NCBI GenBank assembly: GCA_964016885.1
Contig: OZ024747.1
Span: 81,778,001 to 81,842,000 of the forward strand
Reading direction: 5' to 3'
DNA: 64,000 nt
From: Eledone cirrhosa
Lineage: Eukaryota
A program made the translations under genes and the position numbers. A model generated the notes under the pieces. The model was not told the DNA's origin. It searched no databases and saw only the letters and a program-made list of their open reading frames with translations. Shown here piece by piece: positions 38,268-50,223 of this stretch. Within the stretch, counting starts at the first letter, position 1. Every line of letters begins with the position of its first letter.

Positions 38268-38461
38268 GTAAGTATGTTTGAAAGTTAATGAGGAAAAACA
38301 AACATATAAAACTTTATAAATAGAAAAAGAAACTAATTAATTTAAAATATACAATTGTCTGTGAATATTGCTTTATTTTTAGTAGTCAACGACAATGAAA
38401 CACATTTTCAACTATATATATATATGTGTGTGTGTATATATATATATATGTGTGTGTGTGC

Positions 38462-38496
<35 letters not shown>

Positions 38497-39739
38497 CATA
38501 TATATTCATTTGCCATCATAATGCCAAGATTGCAGTAACCAGTCACTAACTCTTTACAACCTACATTCTACTTACCCAAGTACCTAGCTACAAAATGACC
38601 TTACTAGCCTAAATTACCAACAAAGTAGAAAAGCTAAAAATATTAGGTAAATTAAAAGAGGCTTTTAAATAAAATACCATTGCTAATTTGATAGGGAGAA
38701 GCGATTTTCATCAGCTTTTGATGTCAAAGAGAAAAGGTGTGTTATTCCAGCTTAGAAATATATACTATGATATATCCATTAGAAATATAGTAATGAAAAT
38801 GTTTAGACATTCTCAGTAAAATGTAGGGTTAAAAACGTTCTGTCTTCCCTAATTAGGTGAGAAACAGTTATTTTCCCCTGTCGTCTGCAGTCAACAGGCA
38901 AATATTTTATTTAAAATATCATCAAGTTTGACATCTGAAGAGGAAGTGATGGGGGGATGCAACTGTGACAGCTATAGTAGCAGTAGCAGAAAAGCTGTCT
39001 GCTACCTGTCTTGAGAAGTTTGCTTGTCAAAGCAAAAAAAAGTAACTTTTACTGCAGATTTTTATTATGAAATATGACAAATATGTAACTTTTAACTCTT
39101 AACAGCACTAGTATTGCTAATGAGAGTGAGGTAGAAAACAACACTACTATAAACGACATCAAGAACAGAGATTTTATATGAATGGTAGATGCATGGCAAA
39201 TTTGGTTTGACTAAACTGACCATCTATAACTATGTGGATGTAGGTTAGTTACAAGGAGAGTAGAAACTCACATTCATTGTGTTATAATAATCTGTGGTTC
39301 AGCATAAGAAGCCCTGAATCGTTATATTTAGCCCCCTCCAAGTGTGGAAAGGATACAAAATATATACTGTAAAATGTGCTCAATATGAATTATCATGAAT
39401 GCAGAGAAAAATTCAGAAAAAATAATTAATTTTTTTATTAAAATTTTGCTAATTTGAAGAGCATGATTCTACAAAAAAAAAAAAATAATAATAAAATAAA
39501 GGGCGAAAAATTTGAGCAATTACACAATGTCAATTTAACAATTAGTACAATGGATATTTATTCTCCCATAAAATTCATAATATCAGTTGTTTTTTTTTTC
39601 AATTCATGAGTAAAAAACTATTGTTAAGATACTATAATAGATATATGAAGGGCTTCATATAGTTTAATTTATGATATTATGTTAACTATATTTTACAAAC
39701 AAAAGTTTATACAATGATGGAAATATGAAGAAAAGAAAA

Positions 39740-40640
39740 TCAAGTAATGAAAAAAGGGGGTAGGGGTAAAGAAGGGCAGATCTGGCTGTATAGGAAAATA
39801 GGATAAAGGACTATAAATGCCCTAAATGAGAGGAAAAGGAGGGAAAGGACAAGAACTATTAGGCCACAGAAGAAAGAGAGGGGAAAGGGGAGAAGGTGAC
39901 AGGCTCTATGCCTAGGGCAGGGCGGTGTTTCGGCTGTGCCCCACAGACAAAACTGTAAAGGCATTTCTGCAGACAATAGTCAGCAAAACATGCTGCATCA
40001 GCAACCCTACCTCGCAGGGATCCTTCTTCAGATGGGCTGCTGACATTTCAATTTTACATTGGAGTTTGACAGCATGAGGTCCAAGGATGCCTGAGGTCTT
40101 GACAACAACTGGTGCAAAGTGGAAGCACCTGGAGAAGCCCCAGTATTTGCCTGTCTTCCTATCCTCTGCATTGCAGGCAGCAGTACGAGGGTTTGTGGCC
40201 AAAGTGACTAAGTTGGATTCAGAGAATGTGTCACAGAATGTGGTGTCCCAGATGAGGGATTTAGCTTCTTCTAATGTGAAGAGGGTAATTCTGTCAGGGT
40301 GCTTGCTGTCTCTGCAGCCAAGGCTTGTTGACTCCTGTTGTGATGTGAAGCCAGCTGCAAACAGGCTCCTTCTCAATAGTTGGTGAGAACAGCATGTCAG
40401 GGGAACCGGCTTGTAATCTGGCAACATGACAAGGGGTGCAGGACAAACTCATCAATAAAAGCTCTACAATGGCACACTCATATGGCTTTTGAGAGAATTG
40501 GAGAGCCAAGAATGCAGGCAGCATCTTTGGGCAAGAACCGAGCCCCGAACAAGATTGGATGGATACTAAGTATGGCATCATTAATTCAGGCTCTCCGTAG
40601 CCAACGTTTATCACCTCAGACTGGTATGAGTTGATCTAGA
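39740..40640 (-). mobile_element. CRE-clade-like non-LTR retrotransposon 3' fragment (restriction-like endonuclease)
   Basis: ORF 39912-40427 contains HPDRITL...LIWDTT..DTF...AEDRKTGKY...FAPVVVKTSGILGP...QHVLLTIVCRNAFTVL. This matches the RPDG/D/AE..K..KY/F.P...ET.G/QR.S.A..RGNA pattern of CRE-type endonucleases. Confidence 0.75.
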
Positions 40641-40989
40641 GTCTGAGGGGATTTAGGGCTGTTATTTTATCAAAATTGATTGTTTAAAAAATGACATTTT
40701 TCTCCAGAAATTATCTCCCTTTTTGCCCATTCATGACACACTGAACTCTTAAATACAAAATCATCAAAATTGGATCCTAAAGTGGGTTACTGGTTTTGTA
40801 ATCTATGGATAAACCTTTTAAATATTATGGATTCCATTAAGTATCCAGTCTACATTTTGGCAGCACATTACAGGATTTTACTTAGGTTTTAGGGTAATTT
40901 GAGTATCTAGTTCTATGCATAAACTTCAATATGGCTCATCTTCTCAAATGAAAGGAAACGAAAAGTAGTAGAAGCAACACAACAATTAA

Positions 40990-41200
40990 TTACGGTTTCT
41001 GATTTAGGCACAAGGCCAATAATTATGGGAAGAGGAAGGTTGATTAAATCGACCCCAGTGCATTACTGATACTTTATTTTATCAAGCCCATAAGGATGAA
41101 AGGCAAAGTTAACCTTGGTAGAATTTAACCTCAGAATGCAAAGGGCCATAATTCTATGCTCACAGCATGTTGCTGGCACCCTACTGATACTGCCAATCCA
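40990..41200 (-). mobile_element. Nin/Deu-core SINE
   Basis: Tail, core and head (ctactgatactgccaatcca) are all present. Confidence 0.85.
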
Positions 41201-42493
41201 TTGAATGAAGTTTACACTGGAATGCATGAGATTATAGATAGCATGAAAGATCTGAAGCTAGAAAAAGAATGATTATTTTATGTGAGCCATGAGTAGCTGA
41301 CTGGAAGAAAATAGAGAAAATAACTGAAGGTTTTCAAATAACCAGGTTGGTAGAAAATACTTAAAACGTGTCACAGGAATTACCAGTAAATGAAGAAATA
41401 ACTCATACAATAGCAGAATATGTGACATGAAATGGTTTAACAAACGATCCATTGACAGACCTCAATCAGCATCACATATGCATAACTTATTCATACATAA
41501 ATATTATGACTTAGTTCCTTAAAGTGATTTATCATTGTCACAATAACTATGAAAGATGAACTGAAACATCAACTATAATTGGTGAACCAATATGAATAGG
41601 AAAGGAATGGGTACAGGAACAAATGAAATGTTGGGATCGTTGTAGATCAAATATCAGGTGTTAATGCCAAAAATAGAATTTAAAATGCTGGTAATACTAC
41701 TAGAAAACTCTTTTCTGCTACACATGTGGACATTGTTGTTGGTTGTGTGAAAGAGAAATAAATACAAGGACACTATAAGGAAACTACATAAGCATCTGAG
41801 CTTTATTCTTCATGTCATGTCATTGGAGTTCATAAATTTTCTCTTGAAGAATTCAACCAAAAAATAATAGAAATAAGAGGCAACCCAATGCAGACCAACA
41901 ATAACCAGTCTGAAAACTGGACATGGGAGTAAACAACATAAACTCAGACATACAAGTAGACAAGCATGAAAATGAATTTCCTCCAGAATATGCCACAAAA
42001 AAAAATAAAATATATGAAATCACAGCAGCAAAAAATCACATAATTGAGTCAGTGACAGAATTGCATAACAAGCAATATCTACTAAAAATCCAATCCACAT
42101 TGCCTAACAAGAAAATCATTCATACATATCAAGCTGCAGAGTTTTGAAGATTTTCAAGATAAAATATACTGAACTGCATCATATATGCAACAGAACTAGC
42201 TGTAACTGAACAACTGAACATAAAGAAAAACAATGGTAATAAGCATAAGGAGCCTATATGGAGAATAAATATAAAGAATGAAATAGAGATAATAAGGAAT
42301 GACAAATGAGGTTCAAATAACTACCTTGAAATCCAGAAATGTAAAAAGGAAATACAAACTAACAAACATAAACAACATGTCAGAAATAGAAGAAACATTG
42401 AAGCAAAAAGTACAAGCCACATGGGTTACAGCAGTATGACAAAAGAACAAAATGGTTTCGCAAGATTAAATTGTGCGAAACCATTGCTGGTCT

Positions 42494-42540
42494 GAGAGCT
42501 GACGAGGGTAAAGATGTGTGTGTGTAAACTTGTCTTCTAC
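42494..42540 (+). ncRNA. Degenerate type I minimal hammerhead ribozyme (Penelope-like element relic)
   Basis: gagag CTGACGA gggta...(tg)n tAAAC tt GTC ttct. The CUGAnGA box is intact and AC/GT stem III and a 4-bp stem I are possible. Stem II and the G of GAAA are lost. Confidence 0.45.
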
Positions 42541-42607
42541 ATCTCCTTTCTTTATTTCCTTCTTCCAGTCACTTCTGTGCACCAACACACTTCTCCTTGT
42601 CCTCCTC

Positions 42608-42710
42608 TTTTTTCTATATTTCATCTGCCTCTAACTCATTTCATATTTTTTCTATATTTCATCTGCCTCTCACTCATTTCATATTTTTTCTATATTTCAT
42701 CTGCCTCTCA
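42608..42710 (+). repeat. Tandem repeat of about 39 bp, about 2.5 copies
   Basis: ttttttctatatttcatctgcctct(a/c)actcatttcata is repeated. Confidence 0.9.
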
Positions 42711-44555
42711 CCCACCTTGTGGATTGTTTCTCTGTTTGACCAGTGACTACTGGTTTCTGTCCGCTGAAGCATTTTTGCTCATTGTATCTTTGACAGCATT
42801 TAGCTGTTTGTAACAGGGAAAAAAGATCTTGCATGATTATAGAAGTAGCTTGCCTCATTGACAAGAGTGCAAGAAAAGAGGGAGAAAATTAACTGGTACC
42901 AGGATCTAAAGTAGGAACTGAAAAGGATTTGGGACTGTCATGATATCAAGGTTGTACCCATCATCATAGGAGCACTAGGTACTATCTCGAAGAGTTTCCA
43001 AGGTTGGCTAAAGAACATTAGCCACCTTTTCTGGAACACTTCAAAGGGCATGCCTACTGGGAAGATTAATGACCCTCAGATATGTCCCAAATATCTGAGG
43101 CTGCGTATAGTAGCTTGATGTTCATTTGGGTAAATTTTCCGGTTAAATAACATCAATGACTGAGATACCAAATTCAAAATGCTAATAGTAATAATAAATC
43201 TTTCTAATAATAATAATAATAAGAAGAAGAAATAATGTCTTCTGTATTATTAGCAATGATTATGGTATTAGTTGCAAAAAGAAAACAAAAAAAAAAACAA
43301 TCTCTTTGTACTTTTCATATTGCATAACATATTTTACACATTATTTTGACTTAATTAAAGCTTCTGATAATTGTCTGGTTTACTGATTGATTGTCTTATA
43401 AATAGTTTTATTTTCTCTTATATTTTTGTTAGATTTTATTTATTTATTGTGAGGAAATGGAAATGAATGGAGATTTTTTGAGAAAAGTAGAATGGTGCCT
43501 GTATTCTGTAAGCTTCTAAACTTTCTGAAATAGATATTCTTCCCTTCAATTAATATTTCTGCTTGGGCTACCAAATTAACAGAATCTAACAAATGAACAA
43601 AAGACTTTAATTTAATGATAATTCTTTCAATCAGACTGTTTAATACTGTTTTTATTTTATTCAGGCCAATAGAAATTAAGTGTATATATGTGTATGTATA
43701 TGTGCACATAGAAACATATGCATCTTTGTATATATACACATGCTCATATACATGTATTTGTATGTGTGTAGGCATACACTATGTATGCATACAACCTCAT
43801 TAGATTCTGAATAGAGATGATTATATTTTTCCTGCATATGTAATTTTTAATATTTTAATTGTTGTCTCATACATATAACCAGAAAAAAACTTGAATGCTA
43901 GCAATCAATGTAAAGGTAGAACTAATTAAAAGTGTGTATATGTTTTTACTCATCTGCACCCACAAAACCCACAAAACCAGTTATAACTGAAAAGGTCAAA
44001 CATAAAAGGTTGGAAAAAAAAGGACCTTATAATTTAAATTTATGATCAATAGTCAATATAAAAAAAAAATACTAAGGTGGAGCAAAAAGTTTATCTTTGT
44101 AGTTGCATATGTGGCTAATACAAAAGATATGCTTTATGATGGTTAGGTGACTTATTGCTTATCAGGACTAAATATGTGCAAATATGCCAGTAAAGATAGC
44201 TAATCATTTTGAAAAATGCGCAAAGAGCAAAATATTTCCTTTGAAGAGAAATAGGCATGAGATTTGCATAAAATTAAATCAGTTATACAAAATAACACCA
44301 CTGTACTCTATGATAAACATATATACAAAGAAGGAAATATAAAGCCTAACTTTCAGTAATACTGGCATCATGAAAACCAAATATACTGATAAGATTAATA
44401 TTTAATTGTAAAGAAAATAACAATTAACCATTTGATAATATTTAGTATCAAAATGAGAATTATATCCACCATAAAAAGCATAAAACATGCTATAAAGATT
44501 TGAAGCACATAGTAAAATTTGAAAGCCAATCTGTGGTTGCACTATAGTGACATAA

Positions 44556-44755
44556 CCCTTTAGCATTTAAACTAGCCATATCCGGCCAGATTTCTCTCAC
44601 TTCTTTCTGTTCAAACTGGCCATAACCAGCCACACATACTGACATTAAGGTATTGTTCTCAAAATAAATAATAACTTATCAAAATCTCATAGATACCATG
44701 TTATGTGAGATAATTCTGTGAGTTAAAGCCTTTGCCATGAAAATATAATAGTAGA
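44556..44755 (+). mobile_element. piggyBac-type MITE, right end replaced by a SINE tail
   Basis: ccctttagcatttaaactagccatatccggccaga... is colinear with the 62151 copy until about 44755, where a Nin-SINE 3' end begins. Confidence 0.8.
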
Positions 44756-45186
44756 ATAATTGTTTCTACTTTAGGCACAAGGCCAGCAATTACCCAGGGT
44801 TAAGGTACATCTAGGGTCATTTAAACCTGGTGGAATCCCTCCATCCAGGTCTGAACATAGCTGATAGAGAGAAGGAAAGATAGAATGGGAGGGAAGAAGA
44901 ATTTATAAAAAAAAACTGGACTGGGATTTCATTTATCGATATCGAAAGGATAAAAGACTAAGTTTATCTTAATGTAATTTGAACTCAGAGCATTCTATGT
45001 AATGTTCTAATGATCCTGAAAGTACATATTATCTAATAAAGGTACTTACTGTTTAGACATACGCAAACAGGCACACATGCCTACACCAACACACACACAC
45101 ACACACACACAAATAAAAGAAAATCAAGACAAAGTTAACAAACACAGACTATTTTTCCTTCATATTATAATTAACTATTAGTCAGA

Positions 45187-45348
45187 AACCATGCTTTGCA
45201 GCATAGAGTTATGGCCCTTTACAGAACGTAAAGGGCCATAAAATCGTGCTGATGTTAACTTTGCCTTTCATCCTTACGGGATCGATAAAATAAAGCATCA
45301 GTAATGCACTGGGATAATTGCTGGCCTTGTGCCAAAAGTAGAAACAAA
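45187..45348 (+). mobile_element. Nin/Deu-core SINE with internal inversion
   Basis: Core and tail are intact. The B-box region is replaced by an inverted copy of upstream sequence. Confidence 0.85.
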
Positions 45349-46558
45349 TATTAAATACAACAATGATGATAATTATGATGATGATAATCTAACATTAGAT
45401 GAAGATATGAAAAGGAAAGGGCAGTTGTATGAAAAAGTGAAAGAAGTTGGTTTAGCTAAGTTCTGTGAACATTGGCACTGTCATTATCACAGTATGGACA
45501 TATATATATAGATTGATCTACCAGAAAGATTGATAAATGCTAACATTTATCAAATGATGTAATGTTATATAGTATAACTTTGGGAGGAAAAAAAATGTTT
45601 GATAAATATTCAGAACTGTAGCAAATGAACGGAAACATTTTTCAGGTAGAAAAATATTGTTACTCCATTATGTTACATCAGTTACTGGCTTAAATAGTAA
45701 TAACATACACCTGTTAACCACTTAACCTCTTCATCCCTGGTTGAGTATAATGATGCAGGGTTAACACTGCTTAGAGAATAAAGAAGAACAAAGAATGCAA
45801 TAAGAAAATAAAGGAATTAGAGATAAAATGAAAATGTGTTCCTCTATATAAAAGTAGTTTATGACATATTAATCTTGGAATTGGATGCACAATAGAGACA
45901 CAAAAATGTATTGGAAATTGCTGCTAGCTGTCCAAGATCAGGCACTCAACCTGAACTCCCTGACATAAGTCAATGTAGCTAGGAGAATATAGAGTATGTG
46001 TCATAATCAGCATATTCAACATGCATTATAAACTTTGCTATGATAATATCTGCTCTAATGCTCACTGGAATCCATATCAAATATCTTTCTCAAATCTCCA
46101 CTAAGTGGTACAGACATGACATTGAACATTTCTTTTAAATTAACAAGAAGAAATATAGAACATAACACATGAATAAGGCCAAGTCATAAACCAAAGCAGG
46201 TATTACATTGTATATATCTTTCAAACAGAACACAAATGTTTCATAATTATATTGCAACAGATGGCAACAACAATATCACATACCAAATGTTTACAATTGC
46301 ACTGAATATAAAGTAACAATCATGGGAATCACATATGAAATTTTAATATGAGTTTTAATTGGATAGTAGGTTAAAATCCAATATCTTCAAGACTTCTATT
46401 TATGTTTAGAAACTCTAGATTAAACTGAAATAAACACACCAGAGAAATCTGTTTCTTTGAAGTGAAAATATCCACAGGAAAAATCTATCAATTAGGATGT
46501 TTAGCTCAGAAACAAAGATGTTTTCTTTTCATTCCCTTTACAGTTTATCTAAAATAAT

Positions 46559-46730
46559 TATTTCTACTTTTGGTACAAGGCCAGCAATTACCCAGTACAT
46601 TACTGGTACTTTATTTTATCGACCCCGTAAGGATGAAAGGCAAAGTTAACCTCAGCGGGATTTGAACTCAGAACGTAAAGGGACATAACTATGCTGGTAA
46701 GCATATCCGACCCTCTACCGATACTGCCAA
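46559..46730 (-). mobile_element. Nin/Deu-core SINE with 22-bp target-site duplication
   Basis: tttacagtttatctaaaataat occurs at 46537-46558 and 46731-46752. Confidence 0.93.
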
Positions 46731-46754
46731 TTTACAGTTTATCTAAAATAATCA

Positions 46755-46970
46755 TAATGGTTTCTGTTTTAAGCACAAGCCAAACAATTTTGAAAGAGAG
46801 GAATGTTCATTAAATCGACTCCAGAATGTTACTGGTATTTAATTTTATCAACTCCTTAGGCTGAAAGTCAAGGCTAACCTCGGCAGGATTTGAAGTGAGA
46901 AGGAACGTAACTAAATGACACAAAGCCTGTTGTCCAACACTCTAACAACACTGTCACTCCACCACCCTCA
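46755..46970 (-). mobile_element. Older Nin-core SINE
   Basis: Diverged tail, core and head immediately after the previous SINE. Confidence 0.7.
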
Positions 46971-47071
46971 ACAACAATAATAATAATAATAATGATGATG
47001 ATCTTTATGATAATGGAGATGATAATAATAAATTCTTATAGTAGGAACATGGGTAAACAATAATAATAATA

Positions 47072-47275
47072 ACTGTTTCTACTTTAGGCACAAGGCCAGC
47101 AATTTGAAGGGGTGGTCAAAGTCGATTAAATCGACCCAAGTGCATTACTGGTACTTTCTTTAATCGTCCCCGTAAGGATGGAAGGCAAAGCTAACCATGG
47201 CAAGGATTTGAAATCAAAACAAAGGGCCATAACTCTGGTGTCCGGTGCTCTAGCAATGCTGCCGATTCACCAGCC
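47072..47275 (-). mobile_element. Nin/Deu-core SINE
   Basis: ctgtttctactttaggcacaaggccagc...cgtaaggatggaaggcaaag. Confidence 0.85.
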
Positions 47276-47668
47276 TTATAATAATAATAATAATGATAAT
47301 GATGAGTGGAGAAAATCAAGCAATCATAGTATCAAAAGACAAAGTACATATTTGTTAATGGATGTTTCAATTGTGGATTATACTAAGTATAAGGCCTTGT
47401 AAATACTAATTTCAAAATCATGGCAATGATTTGGATTGGTATACTTGATTCATTATCAAAAAGTACTTAATAATATACTGTGAGATAACTTGGCCTCTCC
47501 CAGTTATAGAAAGTACAGAAATACATCATCATTGGCATTGCTTATATACTTTTTAATACATTGACAAAATAATTAAAACTCTTAATTCTTTTGTATAATT
47601 ATTCTTTATACAAAAGTATGTATCACTTCACACAAAGTACCCACAGAGGTAGCCATACTGCCATATAT

Positions 47669-47699
<31 letters not shown>

Positions 47700-47700
47700 A

Positions 47701-47884
47701 GGGTGGTGAATTGGCAGTATCAGTAGAGGGTTGGACGCCATGCTTTCTAGCTTAGTTACGTCCCTTTATGGTCTGAGTTTAAATCCCGTCAAGGTTAACT
47801 TTGCCTTTCATCCTTACGGGGTCGATAAAATAAAGTACCAGTAATGTACTGGGTTATTGCTGGCCTTGTGCCAAAAGTAGAAAC

Positions 47885-47889
<5 letters not shown>
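47701..47889 (+). mobile_element. Nin/Deu-core SINE within (TA)n
   Basis: Full head, core and tail, with (TA)n on both sides. Confidence 0.92.
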
Positions 47890-47946
<57 letters not shown>

Positions 47947-48082
47947 CCATTTTACATTCACTTTGCCATGTATTCTATTATATAAGTTTATGAATATGTA
48001 TGCATACTTATACATACATATGTGTGTGTGTGAAAAAGTGTATACTTATATAAATTAATATAAACAAAATATACACATATAT

Positions 48083-48144
<62 letters not shown>

Positions 48145-48769
48145 ACTTGAGAAGTTAAACAGAAACACATTGCTATAGATTGTTTCTTCTTTTGTTGGTT
48201 GTGTGAGTATAGTTTTATTTTGATAGTAACTTCATTAATTCTTGTAATATATACTTTATACTTGGAACACACCTGCCATGTTCCTTTGGGGATTTCAAAA
48301 GTGGAAGGTGTGAGTTGCTTCATTGGTATTGCCATCAGTTATGTTAATTATATAAACAAACTCACATATACACAAGCATCATATAATAGTCAAATAGAAA
48401 GCTACAGTTGCATACACAATTACACATGCTTAAACATACATCACCTACTTATATCTTCACAACATCTTATTCTTTTGTAGCTTGGCTTCTGAAGTAGTCT
48501 CATCATATTTTCATATCACTATTCTATAGTTTCTTTTCTATATAGTGTCTATTTATATTTAAGCTTGTCTAAATTCTAATAAAATTCAGTACAACATGCT
48601 CCAGGAATTCACATTGTCTCACACATTTTGAATCTGCCCTGTACAATTTATTTTGTATCTTGACCTATTCCTTTTGCTTTTAGACTCTATATTACAACAT
48701 TTTTAACAAATACATAAGGCATGTATACCAGGATTACTGGATATATCAATAGTCATACAAACGTATGAA

Positions 48770-49000
48770 AATACATTCTTGACAGATGCAATGTGTCTGA
48801 ACACGGAAGAGCCGAATTCCCACCGTCATCGCTTCCATCTCTCTCGCCCTCCCTATCTCTCTGTATAGTGAGCAAATGGGGTCCCACGAGCTGGTCACCC
48901 AACAGCCCTGACAAACAGAATGGAGAAGGTGTTTCCCCCAGAGGATGGTAAGGGAGATGCGCTGGAAGTGCCATTCCATCTCACGAGGCTCACATCTGCA
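48770..49000 (-). mobile_element. Second CRE-like 3'-end fragment
   Basis: EWHFQRISLTILWG(N)TFSILSV is homologous to the C-terminus of the 39912-40427 ORF. Confidence 0.6.
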
Positions 49001-49279
49001 GCTGGCGAGCTCAGCAGTTCAACTTAGCCTTTCATTCTTTTGAGTTTGATAAAAATATACCAGTCCAGTACTGGGATCAATGCTTCCTCTATTTTCTTTC
49101 TCACTTTCTCCCTCTTTCTCCTGGAAGAAGCTAGTTGTATTTAGACCAGCAGGGTGTATGAGTTCCACCAGGCACAACAATAACTATCCATACATATAAC
49201 AGTATAACAGACAAAACAATGAATTAATTTGATTGGAAGCATTATTATAATAATGTATCATCATAATAATGTATGTACG

Positions 49280-49313
<34 letters not shown>

Positions 49314-49403
49314 AGTGTATGTATATGTATAGAAACCAAGCCAAACAACTCGTCCAACCCATGATAGCGTGGAAGAACGGATGTAAAATGGTGATGATGA
49401 TGG

Positions 49404-49486
<83 letters not shown>

Positions 49487-49530
49487 GAGAGAAAGAGAAA
49501 GAGAGAGAAAGAGAGAGAGAGAACACTGGA

Positions 49531-49685
49531 AGGTAATATCTGTAGTGGTAGAGCACTCAGTCCGTGGGACGAGTTTGTTCACCATAACGAGAAACATTGT
49601 TTCACATTATGCTGATCTTCAGTCCGCTGTGTTACTATATCTACCAAACTCGTCCCATGGAGTGCTCTACCACTACAGATATTAC

Positions 49686-49687
<2 letters not shown>
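49531..49687. repeat. Fold-back with about 45-bp arms
   Basis: aggtaatatctgtagtggtagagcactc..gtgggacgagtttg / caaactcgtcccatg.gagtgctctaccactacagatattacct, embedded in (AG)n and (TA)n. Confidence 0.9.
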
Positions 49688-49716
<29 letters not shown>

Positions 49717-49718
<2 letters not shown>

Positions 49719-50129
49719 CATCACCGTTTTACGTCCGTTTTTCCATGCTAGCATGGGTTAGACGGCTTGTCCTCTTGTGAGCAGTGTCCGGTCAGCTGAC
49801 CTTGTCTTGCTCATACGGGAACTGATTCTGGCTTGATTTCTACAGCTAGATGCCCTTCCTAACACCAACCTCATTTACAGTGAGTGGTGGGTGCTTTTTT
49901 TCCGTGGCGCCTACACGTCCACTTTTACAGTGTGGGCTGGGTGCTTTTTTGCTGTGGCACCTTCACGACCACTTTTGCAGTGGAATGATAGGGACCCCAG
50001 TCCTATCATTTCATTTCTACACCTGAGTAAACTGAAATAAAGTGTCTTTCTCAAGGAAACAACACGAGAATTGAACTCACAACCTTTCGATTGCAAGCCC
50101 AATGCTCTAACCCCTAAGCCATGCGCCTT

Positions 50130-50130
<1 letters not shown>
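49717..50130 (-). mobile_element. tRNA-derived CORE-type SINE with RTE-derived 3' tail
   Basis: Minus-strand head ggcgcatggcttaggggttagagc...gagttcaattc and CORE-like tttccttgagaaagacactttattt. The tail shares tttctacagct.gatgcccttcctaacaccaacc and ccatgctagcatggg...gacgg with the RTE 3' UTR and ends in (GAT)n. Confidence 0.88.
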
Positions 50131-50168
<38 letters not shown>

Positions 50169-50171
<3 letters not shown>

Positions 50172-50223
50172 AAGTCTTTGGTATATACTTTCCATGTTTG
50201 TATGGAGTATACCAAAGACTCAC
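50169..50223. repeat. Short imperfect hairpin
   Basis: gtgaagtctttggtata...tccat gtttgt atgga..tataccaaagactcac, next to (TA)n. Confidence 0.8.

Larger units (their letters stand above)
41820..43220 (+). mobile_element. Decayed R4/Dong-like element with RT region missing, interrupted at about 42463-42815
   Basis: The N-terminal part reads KEPIWRINIKNEIE and ETLKQKVQA. The C-terminal endonuclease part reads IIEVAC...YQDLK.ELKRIW...VVPIIIGALGTI (42830-43000). A (TAA)n tail lies at about 43185-43220. Confidence 0.7.

Noticed and set aside
43440-43775. 111-aa minus-strand ORF with an internal acceptor-like site
   Set aside because: There is no recognisable domain or good donor, and the N-terminal part is microsatellite.
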